Of a stretch of 64,000 nt of DNA, positions 35,059 to 47,420 are shown one piece after another (the first letter of the stretch is position 1; every line of letters begins with the position of its first letter). Both the position numbers and the translations under genes were made by a program. The notes beneath the pieces were generated by a model that worked only from the letters and a program-made list of their open reading frames with translations, ran no database searches and was not told where the DNA came from. The DNA comes from Mobula hypostoma (lineage: Eukaryota), in the NCBI RefSeq assembly GCF_963921235.1, contig NC_086097.1, positions 232,564,001 through 232,628,000 of the forward strand. The letters are read 5' to 3'.

Positions 35059-37065
35059 CAATTGCCAATTAACCCACCAACCGGTACGTCTGTGGACTGC
35101 GGGAGGAAACTGAAGCACCCAGAGGAAACCCACGCGGTCACAGGGAGAACGTACAAACGGCGGGAACTGTTGTTTGCCCTTCCCACTTTTTTCATAGCAT
35201 ATTAAATATCTATCAGGAACAATGAATGAGGATTGGATTCATTTCATAATTATTGTGAGTTGTGTAGGAATATCTCATTCCATTTTGTGCCAATGCCTCA
35301 TTGAATGTTGAAAGCAAGTATTGAGGAAAGGAGGGGAAACACTAGAGCGATATCTCATCATGGAAGGTGCTTAGAATAGCCATGCTTGGAGAGATTGAAT
35401 TGGAGTTGTAAGTGGATTGGTGGGGTGATCTAAGATGCCGTAGGATGGGAAAAGGAGAATTATTTTGATGGAAGCAGCTCCGTGTTTCCTGACACAGTAG
35501 AGTTGCCCAGTACAGGCTTTTCAGCCTGGAAAGCAAGAAATGTTAACTGGGAATAACATTGTTGAAAGTTAATTCCATGACATTATTTTAAATGTTGCTT
35601 TCACTACACTTGTCTCCATGCCTCCCCTTCTTAAAGTCTACCTATTTCATTTTTTGCCCTTGTGCATACTCATTAGGAACTCCTGTTAATTTTTTTTATA
35701 ACATCTACTATACTTATCATCTTTTGTGCTAGTTTGCATGCTGTTATCTTTTTTTTCTCTCTCGTATATTTTCTGCTGGCCAAATCATGCTCAAGGGGAG
35801 TGCTGCTCTTAATTTCCCCATTTCTGTTCTTGCTCGTTTGGCTGGCTTGTAGCGTCCTGGATTTCAAATTATGTGATCTGGATGGCAGTAGAGTCTCTAT
35901 GACAGAGGAAACCTTAATCCCCTTGCTCTACTGCCTGTCAAATGTGTAGCTTATTTAATAATTAAATAGCTTTGTCATTTTGACAAGTATTAGCACTGAA
36001 ATAATAACAAAAAATTAAAGACATTGAAGTCAACATGTTTTAAAATATAAATTTAACGATTTATTTTGGTTTGGTTTAATTTTTTTAACTGTTTACTTGA
36101 AAGAACTTTGACTCTTTCTTCCACCCCCCGCCCACCCAAACTGTAGTGCTAAAATCTCCAATGAAATTAAATGTAGTGGGTTTTCAGTGCTGAAATGGTG
36201 TAAAATGTTAGGGAATGTCGGCACAGCTGGGCTTTCCAGTTCCCTTCATAAGAGGTCAGTAGCAGAGTGTTGCTAGCAGGTTAGGTATTCCGAGCATCCT
36301 TGTTTTACGTGCAGGAGATAGATAGGCTTAGCAGCTTTTGTTACCTGGTGCAATCTTTTTAATGTAATTTTTAAAGAACAAGATGGATATGAAAAATCTA
36401 AAAAATAAGCTGTTTAACAAAAATTATGAAGGTGATTCAGGAACGGCTTCTTCCCCTCTGTCATCTGATTTCTGAATAGACATTGATTCCATGAACGCTA
36501 CCTCACTACTTTTTATTTCTATTTTTGCACTACTGATTTAATTTAACTATTTAATATACATCTACTTACTGTAATTCATGTCTTTTTTCTATTACTATAT
36601 ATTACATTGTAAAGCTGCTGCAAAGACAATAAACTTCACAAAATATGCCAGTGATACTAAACCTGATTCTGATTATTGCCCAGCCTGCAAAACTTTCCAC
36701 ATCAGTATTGTTCAATTGACAGTTGACAGCAATGATATTTTTGCCTATGCCATGAAACTGAAGCAAGTCAAAACATGTACCGCTCATGGTATCCACAAAT
36801 CAACCATTCTTGGACAAAGCCCAGACATACTTGCCCCCGCCCACCCCCTCCTCCATGCACTCATCTACCGACACACACACAAAATACACGTAACAAATTC
36901 TTGGGAGTAAAGTCATTTGAGCTCAAGTGTCTCCACGATTTGGCTACTTAAACTACTTTGTGAAGCCAGATGATTTAAACCATTGAGGCTTAATATAGAT
37001 GGTGTGAGTTTTCTCTTAGATGTAGTTTCCAAAGAAATTATTGGTATTATCTGTTGCCTGAGGCT

Positions 37066-37375
37066 GGGCACGTGGCCAAGTGGTTAAGGCATTCATAGTG
37101 ACCTGAAGGTCGTGAGTTTGAGTCCCAGCTGAGGCAGTGTGTTGTGTCCTTGAGCAAGACACTTAACCACACAGTGCTCTGCGACGACACCGGTGCCAAG
37201 CTGTATCGGCCCTTGCCCTTCCCTTGGACAACATCGGTGTCATGGAGAGGGGAGATTTGCAGCATGGGCAACTGCCGGTCTTCCATACAACCTTGCCCAG
37301 GCCTGTGCCCTGGAGAGTGAAGACTTTCCAGGCGCAGATCCATGGTCTCGCAAGACTAACGGATGCCTTTATTAA
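37066..37375 (+). mobile_element. tRNA-derived SINE with CORE-like segment, copy 2
   Basis: Near-identical to 4485-4795. Confidence 0.85.
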
Positions 37376-38329
37376 TGGCTGGAAGATGAATATTGTCTGA
37401 TCATTAATTTTCACAGAGAATTGTTCATTCACATTATTTAAAACCAACCCTGAATAGAAGCCCTTAACTCAGATTTGCCATTGTTGCTCTTGACATTCCT
37501 CAGCAAAGTGGCATTTATAAAGGAGACAAATACCTTGCAGAATCATCTGCAGGTGGCATTGCAGTGACCAACAGGCTCTCGGGTCAGGAGGCTGCAGGGT
37601 AAATGCATTTTGCGGAGAATAAATACAAAGTTTTGTTACGTGAAGATCTGAAAGCCAGAATCAGTTGATATGATTAAAGTGTTCTCAATTCTGGGAGTCC
37701 TTGTTCAGTCTGTCTGAGAAGTGTATGGAGTCAGTTCTTTTCATTCACGCTGTGTGTCTGAGAGAAGTTCACTTGTTGTAGTTATGAGGCAATTACCTGC
37801 TGTGTTGGTGATCTAAGCAACATTTCTCTTTGCCAACTTTTTAACAGCCTATTTAGCAGCTGCTTGTCTGTTGAGGACCATATGTTTAATGTGGCAAAGT
37901 TTGAAAATTAAACTTGCTTGGTAATAATCTTGTATTTGAGCTTGCAAAATTTGTATCTTTACATACATGAAAAAAGCTTTTATGTACACACACTGAGTGT
38001 ATGTTCATGGTCTTCTGCTGCTGTAGTCCATCCACTTCAAGATTCGATGTGTTGTGCGTTCAGAGATGTCCTTCTGTACACAACTGTTGTAACGCATGGT
38101 TATTTGAGGTACTCTCACCTTCCTGTCAGCTTGAACCAGTCTGGCCATTCTCCCTGGCCTCTCATTAATAGGACGTTTTTGCCCACTGAACTGGATTTAT
38201 TTTATTCATTATGATTTTGGATATAAATGTATATGGCACAATTAAGTATGATAGCGCAGTAAGGGGTCTTGTTGATAGTGAAGCAGGTTGCTCTGAATTG
38301 CAAAGATATCTTGATTCATTAGGGAGATA

Positions 38330-39125
38330 GGCTGAGGAGTAGCAAATGATTTCAGCCTGGATAAACGTGAGGTGAAACATTTTCGATATTCGAAACGGTA
38401 GGATTTAAATATTGAATGGCAGGACACTAATAAGTTTTATGGAACAGAGACTTGGGAGTACAAGTGCACCATTCACTGAAAGTGGGCAGAATAGTGAAGA
38501 AGGCTTTTAGCACTCTAGTTTTCATTTGTCAGGGTGCTGAGCTTTGGAGTAGAGACATTTTGTTGCAGTTGGTGAGGCCTTACTTGGAGTACTGTGTACA
38601 GTTTTGGTCACCGTGTTGTAAGAAAGATATTGTCAATTTGGAGATGGTGCAGAAGAGATTTATGAGGATGCTGGCTGCACTAGAGGGTTTGAGATCTAGG
38701 GAGAGTTTGGCCACACTGGATCTTTATTCCTTGGACAGAGAAGAATGAGACCTGATCTCGTAAAGGTTTATAAAATCATGAAGGGTGTGGATCAAGTGGA
38801 TGGTCATAGTCTTTTCCTTAGGGTTGGGAGTCTAGATACTAGATAAGAGAGGAGCGATTTAAAAAGGATTTGAGAATTAACTTCTTTACACAGAGAGTAG
38901 TGACGTAAATGGACCAAGCTGTCTGAGGAAGTGGTTGAGTTGGGTACATTTGCAACATTAAAGAAGCATTTTGTTAGGTACACCGAGAGCAGGGGTTTGG
39001 GTGGGGAGGGGGGTTTATGGGCCTATCACCAGCAACTGAGATGAGCAGTTGCAAATGTCTCATGTGGTCGGCATGGACTAGTTGGGCTGAAGGACCTGTT
39101 TCTGTGCTGTGTTACTGTGACTCTT
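38330..39125 (+). mobile_element. Old CR1 3' fragment
   Basis: LVRPYLEYCVQFWSP. Confidence 0.8.
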
Positions 39126-39936
39126 TTTCAAAGCCAGAGTAAGTTTATTATTGAAGTATGTATATGTCTTCATATACAACCCTGAGATTCATTTTCTTGT
39201 AGGCATACTCAGTAAATCCATGTGAGAATCAATAAAAGAGAACAGCAATGTGGGTGTTCAACCTGTGTGTAAAAGACAACAGACTGTGTAAATACAAAAA
39301 TAAATAAATAAACAATAAATATCAAGAACATGAGATAAAGAGTCCTTGAAGGCGAGCCCATGAGTTGTGGGAACATTTCAATGATGGTGCAAGTGAGGTT
39401 GAGTGACGTGATCCCCTTTGGTTCAGGAGCCTGATGTTTGAGGGGTAATAACTCATCTTGAATTGTATCATACAGCTTTATTTTATTATTTACCAGTGAT
39501 TTGCAAATGTCACAAAGTTAGCCATTTCTTACAAATGAAAATTCTTTCACAAATATTTGTTCCCTTTCATATTGATTGATTGATGTCCTTTGCTTTGATT
39601 ATGGGTAGGAGAGGTGTGCAGGATGACAACAGAACTTAGTGTGTGGTATTTCTTTGGGAGTAACATGTTTAAAATTGACATTCTTTGCGATGGACTTTGA
39701 AAGAAGGTTTCTCCTTTTTGGAAGAGACTATAATCTGATAAGGGAGTCCTTAACGTAATGCTGTTTTTTTTTATTACAACATTGGATTAGATTTGTTGCT
39801 CAATTATGTCTTTCCCAGTCCTTGCTAATCCTGTAACGTAAACAACAGGAATTCTGCAGATGCTGGAAATTCAAGCAACACACATCAAAGTTGCTGGTGA
39901 ACGCAGCAGGCCAGGCAGCATCTCTAGGAAGAGGTA

Positions 39937-39974
39937 CAGTTGACGTTTCAGGCCGAGACCCTTCGTCAGGACTA
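39937..39974 (-). ncRNA. Minimal hammerhead ribozyme motif
   Basis: Reverse complement TAGTC-CTGACGA-AGGGTCTCGGCCT-GAAAC-GTC-AACTG, with one helix I mismatch. Confidence 0.65.
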
Positions 39975-41346
39975 ACTGAAGGAAGAGTTAGTAAGAGATT
40001 TGAAAGTGGGAGGGGGAGGGGGAGGGGGAGATCCAAAATGATAGGAGAAGACAGGAGGGGGAGGGATGGAGCCAAGAGCTGGACAGGTGATTGGCAAAGG
40101 GGATATGAGAGGATCATGGGACAGGAGGTCCGGGAAGAAAGACGGGGGTGGGGGAAACCCAGGGGATGGGCAAGGGGTATAGTCAGAGGGTCGGAGGGAC
40201 AGAGGGAGAAAAAGGAGAGAGAGAGAAAGAATGAATGTGTGTATATAAATAAATAACGGATGGGGTACGAGGGGGAGGTGGGTCATTAGCGGAAGTTAGA
40301 GAAGTCAATGTTCATGCCATCAGGTTGGAGGCTACCCAGACGGAATATAAGGTGTTGTTCCTCCAACCTGAGTGTGGCTTCATCTTTACAGTAGAGGAGG
40401 CTGTGGATAGACATGTCAGAATGGGAATGGGATGTGGAATTAAAATGTGTGGACACTGGGAGATCCTGCTTTCTCTGGCAGACAGACCGTAGATGTTCAG
40501 CAAAGCGGTCTCCCAGTCTGTGTCGGGTCTCGCCAATATATAGAAGGCCACATCGGGAGCACCGGACGCAGTATATCACCCCAGTCGACTCACAGGTGAA
40601 GTGTCGCCTCACCTGGAAGGACTGTCTGGGGCCCTGAATGGTGGTAAGGGTCGTGGATAGACATGTCAGGATGGGAATGGGATGTGGATCCCTTACCACC
40701 ATTCAGGGCCCCAGACAGTCCTTCCAGGTGAGGCGACACTTCACCTGTGAGTCGACTGGGGTGATATACTGCGTCCGGTGCTCCCGATGAGGCCTTCTAT
40801 ATATTGGCGAGACCCGACACAGACTGGGAGACCGCTTTGCTGAACACCTACGCTCTGTCCGCCAGAGAAAGCAGGATCTCCCAGTGGCCACACATTTTAA
40901 TTCCACATCCTATTCCCATTCTGACATGTCTATCCACGGCCTCCTCTACAGTAAAGATGAAGCCACATCCAGGTTGGAGGAACAACACCTTATATTCCGT
41001 CTGGGTAGCCTCCAACCTGATGGCATGAACATTGACTTCTCTAACTTCCGCTAATGCCCCACCTCCCCCTCGTACCCCATCCATTATTTATTTATATACA
41101 CACATTCCTTCTCTCTCTCTCCTTTTTCTCCCTATGTCCCTCTGACTATACCCCTTGCCCATCCTCTGGGTTCCCTCCCCCTTGTCTTTCTCCCTGGACC
41201 TCCTGTCCCATGATCCTCTCATAGCCCCTTTGCCAATCACCTGTCCAGCTCTTGGCTCCTTCCCTCCCCCTCCTGTCTTCTCCTCTCATTTTGGATCTCC
41301 CCCTCCCCTTCCCACTTTCAAATCTCTTACTAACTCTTCCTTCAGT

Positions 41347-41384
41347 TAGTCCTGATGAAGGGTCTCGGCCTGAAACGTTGACTG
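41347..41384 (+). ncRNA. Minimal hammerhead ribozyme motif
   Basis: TAGTC-CTGATGA-AGGGTCTCGGCCT-GAAAC-GTT-GACTG (GUU triplet). Confidence 0.68.
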
Positions 41385-41732
41385 TACCTCTTCCTAGAGA
41401 TGCTGCCTGGCCTGCTGTGTTCACCAGCAACTTTGATGTGTAATCCTGTAATGTATTGCTGTAATCCGTCCAATGATCCTGATTCTGAAAAGTGCCAGTG
41501 GAATACCAGAGCTTTGGAGGAATGGAGGTGGTGAACTGAATAGCTACTATTTCACTGAGCTAATTTCTCCCTAATTTTTCAAAGCAGTGTTTCATTTATT
41601 GAAATCTTTGTGGAGAAACTATGGTTTCAACATCAGAAAGTTTTCTGATCACATGATAAGGAGGAGGTTTATTTAGAGTTTGCGATTTGTTTTTAATTTA
41701 AAGTGTGTGCTTTTTTTTGTATACCTTCCAAG

Positions 41733-41894
41733 CCTGAAGTAGAAGAATGGAGTTCCTGGGATGAAGATGGTCCAACCAGTATTAAGATTGAAGGAGGTAA
41801 TGGCAATTTGACAACACAACAAAATGGCCCTGGAGAGCCTGAAGAACCTGATTATTTTAAGGATATGACACCAAACATCCGAAAACCTCAAAAG
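41733..41894 (+). CDS. EBAG9: EBAG9 coding exon 3 (PEVEEWSSWDEDGPTSIKIEGGNG...EPDYFKDMTPNIRKPQK)
   Basis: Acceptor ataccttccaag|, donor AAG|gtgagt, 162 nt. Contains the conserved EPDYFKDMTP motif. Confidence 0.96.
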
Positions 41895-41954
41895 GTGAGT
41901 GTTTTTATTTTTAAAAAAGCTGCATGAAATTTCCATGAAAATTACTGTAAAATT

Positions 41955-42216
41955 ACTGGCTGGCTGGTGGCGCAGTGGCATCAGCGCCGGATTTCGGAGC
42001 AAAGGCTCCCGAGTTTGAATCCAAGTCGGGCCAACCCCGAGCACGCTTTCCATCCGTGCCGGGTTGAGCGTCGAGCTAGCCACTCGGTCCCGTAAAAAAC
42101 AAGGGTCGAGTCAGGAACGTTCATATCGTGACCCGGTTAATCCGGAAGGAGACCAATCCTGACACTACACGCCAGACGAGAATGGCTGACTGTCTGGTGT
42201 GACACGCTAGGAAGGG
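41955..42216 (+). mobile_element. Young tRNA-derived SINE
   Basis: A-box TGGCGCAGTGG, B-box-like GAGTTTGAATCC, CpG-rich. Perfect 11-bp TSD ACTGTAAAATT (41944-41954, 42217-42227). Confidence 0.85.
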
Positions 42217-43164
42217 ACTGTAAAATTCCAAACATTTTCTTTTGCTATTTGGTTTATTACATGTACTGTGTTACAGTGGAAAACATTTGTTTTTTTCTTG
42301 CTAGCCATACAGGTCATTCTAAATATATCCTAAACAAAAGTATATCAGGGTAGTACAAGGGGCAATAACAGAATGCAGGTAGACAAAGTATAAAGGCACC
42401 AACAAGGCTGGAAGTGTCATTGCAGACACTACTTGCCCAGCAAACTGCCTTTTCCAAAAGCTCCCTTCTGGAAAGCGCTATAAGGCTATTAAAACAAGAA
42501 CTTCATTGCATTTTAATTGTTTCTTCCCCCAAGGCAGTTAATCTGATTCACCATTCTAGTTAGCCCTCCCAACCCCCCTCTATCTACTACCTCAGTCACT
42601 GCTCATCACTGAACACCTTGAGCCATTTTTTATAATGCTGCTTAAAATGTAAATAAATCTTGGTATTGATGGATTTATTCACATTTTATTCCATATTTGT
42701 TCTTTAATCTCTAACTTTACTTTTTATGTAATTCTATATAATTGTTAAACGTTGCTGTTTTATTTTGCCGTGCCAACACACGACAGGAAATTCCTAAATA
42801 TATATGGTTATTAAAGTTGATCCTTCATCTTGAGATCAACAGCTCATCTCTATTGTATAAGAGGTCTGTTCAAGAGTTTTATAAAAATGGGTTAGAAGCT
42901 GCCCCTGAGCTTGGGGGTGTGTGTTACCAAGCATTTGTATCTTCTGCCTGGTGGAATGGGGCAGGGTGGGAGGGGGGTGGGTAGAAGTCCAAATGATCAG
43001 GGTGAAAGTGTCTTTGATGATTGCCCTTCCTGGAGTCAGCAGGAAGTGTAGTCAGTCAATGGCAGGGAGGCTGCTTTTTGTGATATTTCATTGACAAGTG
43101 TATGTATTTTAAAAACTACTAAAATCCTATTTTATTCAGTATTCTTATGCTTAATCCAATCTAG

Positions 43165-43272
43165 ATTATTATTAAGAAGAAAGAACCTTTACATTTTGGA
43201 ATCCCAGATGACACCATGGGGTTTTCAAGTAGATTGGCAGCTACGCAAGAAATTCCATTCAGTCAGCCAACA
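43165..43272 (+). CDS. EBAG9: EBAG9 coding exon 4 (IIIKKKEPLHFGIPDDTMGFSSRLAATQEIPFSQPT)
   Basis: Acceptor aatctag|, donor ACA|gtaagt, 108 nt. Contains GFSSRLAATQ. Confidence 0.95.
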
Positions 43273-43669
43273 GTAAGTAATTTGAGGACCTCTTCACTTC
43301 AACTTTTTCCCAAATGTGTTATAAGAAAAATAAGTGATTTTAGCAATATGCTTCAATGTTTAGAAGAGTAGACTTTTAAATGAACTGCAGTGGATTCATT
43401 GTGAGAATGCGGTACGTGTGCTTGTGGGCCGATTGATCATGTGGTAAGTTGTATCAGCCTCCGGTGTGTGGAGGGACCTCTTGTTTTATGTGGGCTTTCA
43501 AGTGTATGTGCTTTTCGTCCTTGTGGACTTGGTTTGTCGCTCCCACACTGCATTGTACATTGCCTCATGTTTACTGAGGCTAACATGACTCAGTAATAGC
43601 ATATTATCCTTTTAATCTGTTGTCATTTTTGTACTGTGCATACATAACATAAACCAAGAGTTATTCTGA

Positions 43670-43907
43670 GCAGCAAACACAAGGAAATCTGCAGATGCTG
43701 GAATTTCAAGCAACACACATCAAAGTTGCTGGTGAACGCAGCAGGCCAGGCAGCATCTCTAGGAAGAGGTACAGTCGACGTTTCGGACTGAGACCCTTCG
43801 TCAGGACGTCCTGACGAACGGCCTCGGCCCGAAATGTCGACTGTACCTCTTCCTAGAGATGCTGCCTGGCCTGCTGCATTCACCAGCAACTTTGATGTGT
43901 GTTGCTT
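43670..43907. mobile_element. 238-bp palindromic Penelope-derived mini-element with two back-to-back hammerhead motifs
   Basis: TSD GTTATTCTGA (43660-43669, 43908-43917). 100-bp arms centred on CAGGAC|GTCCTG. Confidence 0.88.
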
Positions 43908-44260
43908 GTTATTCTGATCAGGAGTATCCTAGTTCTGAATTTCTTTTAACTGTTTAAAGTTTGTTGTATATTTGTCCTTCTGCTCTTTCTAAATGTAGTA
44001 AAGCAAAGTAATTGGAATTGAAAGTGAATTTCTTTCGTTTTCTTTAAAAATCTGGGTTATTTGACACGTTAGAGATGTATATTTTGAACATGGGAAGTAA
44101 ATCTCTTCGTATGTTATAGTTTAATCTTGTGACAAGTGGCCAATTGTTTCAAATTTGGTCACCTTAAGAAAGGAGAGTAAAAGAAAGTGGAATAAGAGAT
44201 ATGAATTGTAGTTTTGGGTTTCATAAAAAAATACTTGCATAATCTGCTTTTTTTTTGTAG

Positions 44261-44352
44261 GCTGAACTGGGAGATTTTGACACTTGGCAAGAAAATACTA
44301 ATGCCTGGGAAGAGGATGGAGATGCCACTTGGGAGGCAGAAGAAGTGCTGAG
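44261..44352 (+). CDS. EBAG9: EBAG9 coding exon 5 (AELGDFDTWQENTNAWEEDGDATWEAEEVL-R)
   Basis: Acceptor ctttttttttgtag|, donor AG|gtaacc, 92 nt. Contains WQENTNAWEE. Confidence 0.96.
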
Positions 44353-44479
44353 GTAACCAGTTTTGTTTCTTCTTCTTTATTTGCAGTCGAAGGAGGTTGG
44401 ATGGCATCGCTTATCGTATTTAAATGTAGCTTGTAAAATACTGAACCGCAATGTGCTTCCACAGACTGGAGAGAACGGA

Positions 44480-45910
44480 AAACAAAATGCTGAAAGAACT
44501 CAGGTGAAGCAGCATCAATGGAGGCAAAAGGTGTAAGTTATTGATTGGGTGTCACGACTCGGCATCGGGATTGAGGGAGTAAGGAAGATTGCCAGTATAG
44601 AACAGTACATAGAGGTCTGGGATGTAGGTTTGGAGGTTATAAGTGGATGGGAATGGTGATGGCTCTGGACCTGTACTTGCTGGAGCTTAGAGGGGAATCT
44701 CATTGAGAGGCTTGGGTAAAGTGAGGATGTTTCCTATAGTGGGGGACGTCTAGGATCAGAGGGCACTGCCTCAGAATACTCGGACTTCCCTTTAGAACAG
44801 AGATGAGAAAGTATTTCTTTAGCCAGAGAATGGTGAATCTGTGGAATTCATTGCCACGGACAGCGTGGAGGTCAAGTCTTGGGTATATTTAAAGCGGAAG
44901 TTGATGAGTTCCTGATTGGTAAGGGTGTCAAAGGTTAAGGTGAGAGATGGCAGGAATAATAGGTTGAGCAGATGGAGCTAGGTGGATGGAGAGACTAGGG
45001 ATGAACAAAAGGGAGAAGAAAACGATGTGTGTGTAGAGCACTAGGTATGTGGATTACCTGAAATTGGAAAATTCAATATTCATACCATTAGGTTGCAAGC
45101 TGCACAAGTGGAATATAAGATCATTTTACCCTGATTTGTGTGTGGCAAAGAAAGGCTGAGGAAAGACTGGATAAGGTGGGAATGGGAAGGATAATTCAAA
45201 TTCTAGAAGCACAAGATGGCAGTGTAAAAGGAGCACAGGTGCTCTGCAAAGCAGCCTCCTAGCACGTGCTTAGTTTCATCAGTGTAGATGAGGCGACATT
45301 GCAGGTACTGAATGTAGTAAACAAGGCTAGATGTACCTCTGCCTCACCTGTAAGGGCTGTTTAAGTACCTGAATGGTAGTGAGAGGTGAGGTGAAGTGTA
45401 TTTCCTTTAGTTCTAGGGTGAAACGCCAGGGGGTGGGGAGATGTGGGGAAGGAGAATGGACCAGAGAGTTCTGGAGAGAGGGGAAAGCAGAAAGGTGGGG
45501 TGTGACTGATAAGGAAACATAAATTATACACAATTTTTTCAAGAAAGCACAACTAAAACAAAGTCTATTTTAGTGTAAGGTGATCAAGATGGTTGTAGTG
45601 AATAGGCTTTTTTTAGTTTTTTTTATCAGAATTTATAATTTTATTGTGGTTTTGTGTTGTGCTCCAGTACTTTGAATTTATTTTTGCATCCTACTGTTTA
45701 GCTGCATTTTAAAAATATTTTTGTTTCATAGATGTACTGATATAAATACTAACCATCTATATTCTTTGTTACTGATCATTTCAAAGAGCCTTGGCCCAAA
45801 ATGTTGACTCTTTATTCCTTTCCGTAGATGCTGCCTGACCTGCTGAGTTCCTCCAGCATTTTGTATGGTTTACTCTAGATTTCCAGCAACTGCAGAATCT
45901 CTTGCGTTTA
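44480..45910 (-). mobile_element. Old Penelope-like element (GIY-YIG remnant ~45050-45420) with nested CR1 (44660-44960 +) and an oppositely oriented tail (45780-45910)
   Basis: TTIQVLKQPLQVRQR resembles TTIQGPRQSFQVRR of the younger copies; tail motif GATGCTGCCTGACCTGCTGAGTTCCTCCAGCATTTTG. Confidence 0.65.
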
Positions 45911-46439
45911 TTAGATTCATTTCTTCTGTTCCTTCAGAATATTGTACATCTTTACCACTATTTCCTTTTCCGTTCAGTACATCTCATTTAGAATGCTGTC
46001 ACCTTACCTCCTGGCCTTTTATTGTTTATCCTTTGTCCTTAGTTTAAAATATCAGTTTAGCAGTGTGAAACTAAAAATGTTTAATATTCTGTGATTGGCT
46101 TCAATAGCTGAGATTATTTGAATTCCACAGAACTTTTACAAAAAACAATTAAGGTAGTTGCTTTGTACACTAGGGATCCATTTGTAAATGATTAAGAATT
46201 ATAGCATTCAAAAGGCTACTGAACAATTCTAATATCTGTGTCTGGAGCTTGTACAGCACATGTTCAGCATATCTCCAGCACAAACCATCAGTGATTTGGC
46301 CTTTTTTATGTCATTAATGCAGTAAAGGATTTGTAAAACTACTTTGCTTGTAAGCTAAAGTATCTTACTACTAATACAAAAGTATTAGTAAAGCTACTTT
46401 GGTAAAGCTCTGGTCTTGCATTCTGTCATCAAGCAATTT

Positions 46440-47420
46440 CAGAATCAGAATTAGGTTTATTATCACTGGCATATGTTGTGAAATTTGTTGTTAGTTAGGT
46501 AGTGTTCATGGGTTCATTGTCCATTCAGAAATCTGGTGGCAGAGTAGAATAAGCTGTTCCTGAATTGTTGAATGTGTGTCTTCAGGCTCCTGTACCTCCT
46601 CCCTGATAGTGGCAATGAGAAGAGGGCATATCCTAGGTGAAGAAGGTCCTTAATCATGGATGCTGCCTTTTTAAGACATTGCTCCTTGAAAATGTCTAGT
46701 CAGCGTGCTGGGGATACTAGTGCTCATGATGGAGCTGACTGAGTTTGCAACTTTCTGCAGCTTATTTTGATCCTGTGCAGTGTGCCCCTCTTTTCCCCCC
46801 ACCCACTACCAGATGGTTGTGCAGCCAGATAAAACGCTCTCCATGGTACATCTGTAGAAATTTTGGTGACATTTCAGATCTCCCAAAACTCTAAATGTAA
46901 TATAGCTGCTGTCGTGCCTTCTTTGTAAGTGCATGGATATGCTGGATCCAGGTTAGAATCTCAGAGATGTTGACACCCAGGAAGTTGAAATTGCTCACCC
47001 TTTCCAATACTGATCCCTTGATGAGGACTGGTGTATATGCCCCGGGCTTATCCTTTCTGAAGTCGACATTCAATTCGTTGGTCTTGCTGACAGTGAGTGC
47101 AAAGTTGTTGCTACTACAACACTCAACTAGCGGAACTATGTCACTCCTGTACGCCTTCTTATCACCATCTGAAATTCTACCAACAATAGTTGTGTCATCA
47201 ACAAATTTATAGATGGAACTTGCCACCTAGTCATGGGTGTAGACAGAGTAGGGCAGTAGGCTGAACACACAGTCTTGAGATGCACTGCCGTTGATTATCA
47301 GCAGTGTTATTTCTGATCTGCAAAGACTGTGGTCTTCCACTGAGGAAGTTCGAGGATTGAGTTGCAGAGGGAGGTGCAGAGGTTTCAGATCTTTTTGATC
47401 AGAACCATAAGAATAATTGT
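46440..47420 (-). mobile_element. Rex1/Babar LINE 3' part
   Basis: IYKFVDDTTIVGRI, VSNFNFLG and KKARQQLY; (TTCTGA)n tail. Confidence 0.85.

Larger units (their letters stand above)
39837..41440. mobile_element. Fold-back Penelope-like insertion: minus arm 39837-40650, plus arm 40690-41440
   Basis: GIY-YIG peptide on both arms (ORF 40286..40702 -). Perfect 11-bp TSD TAATCCTGTAA (39826-39836, 41441-41451). Confidence 0.92.

Noticed and set aside
35884..35935. SECIS element (ATGA..AAA in a hairpin)
   Set aside because: No 3' GA for the quartet, intronic position, and no in-frame TGA in EBAG9.
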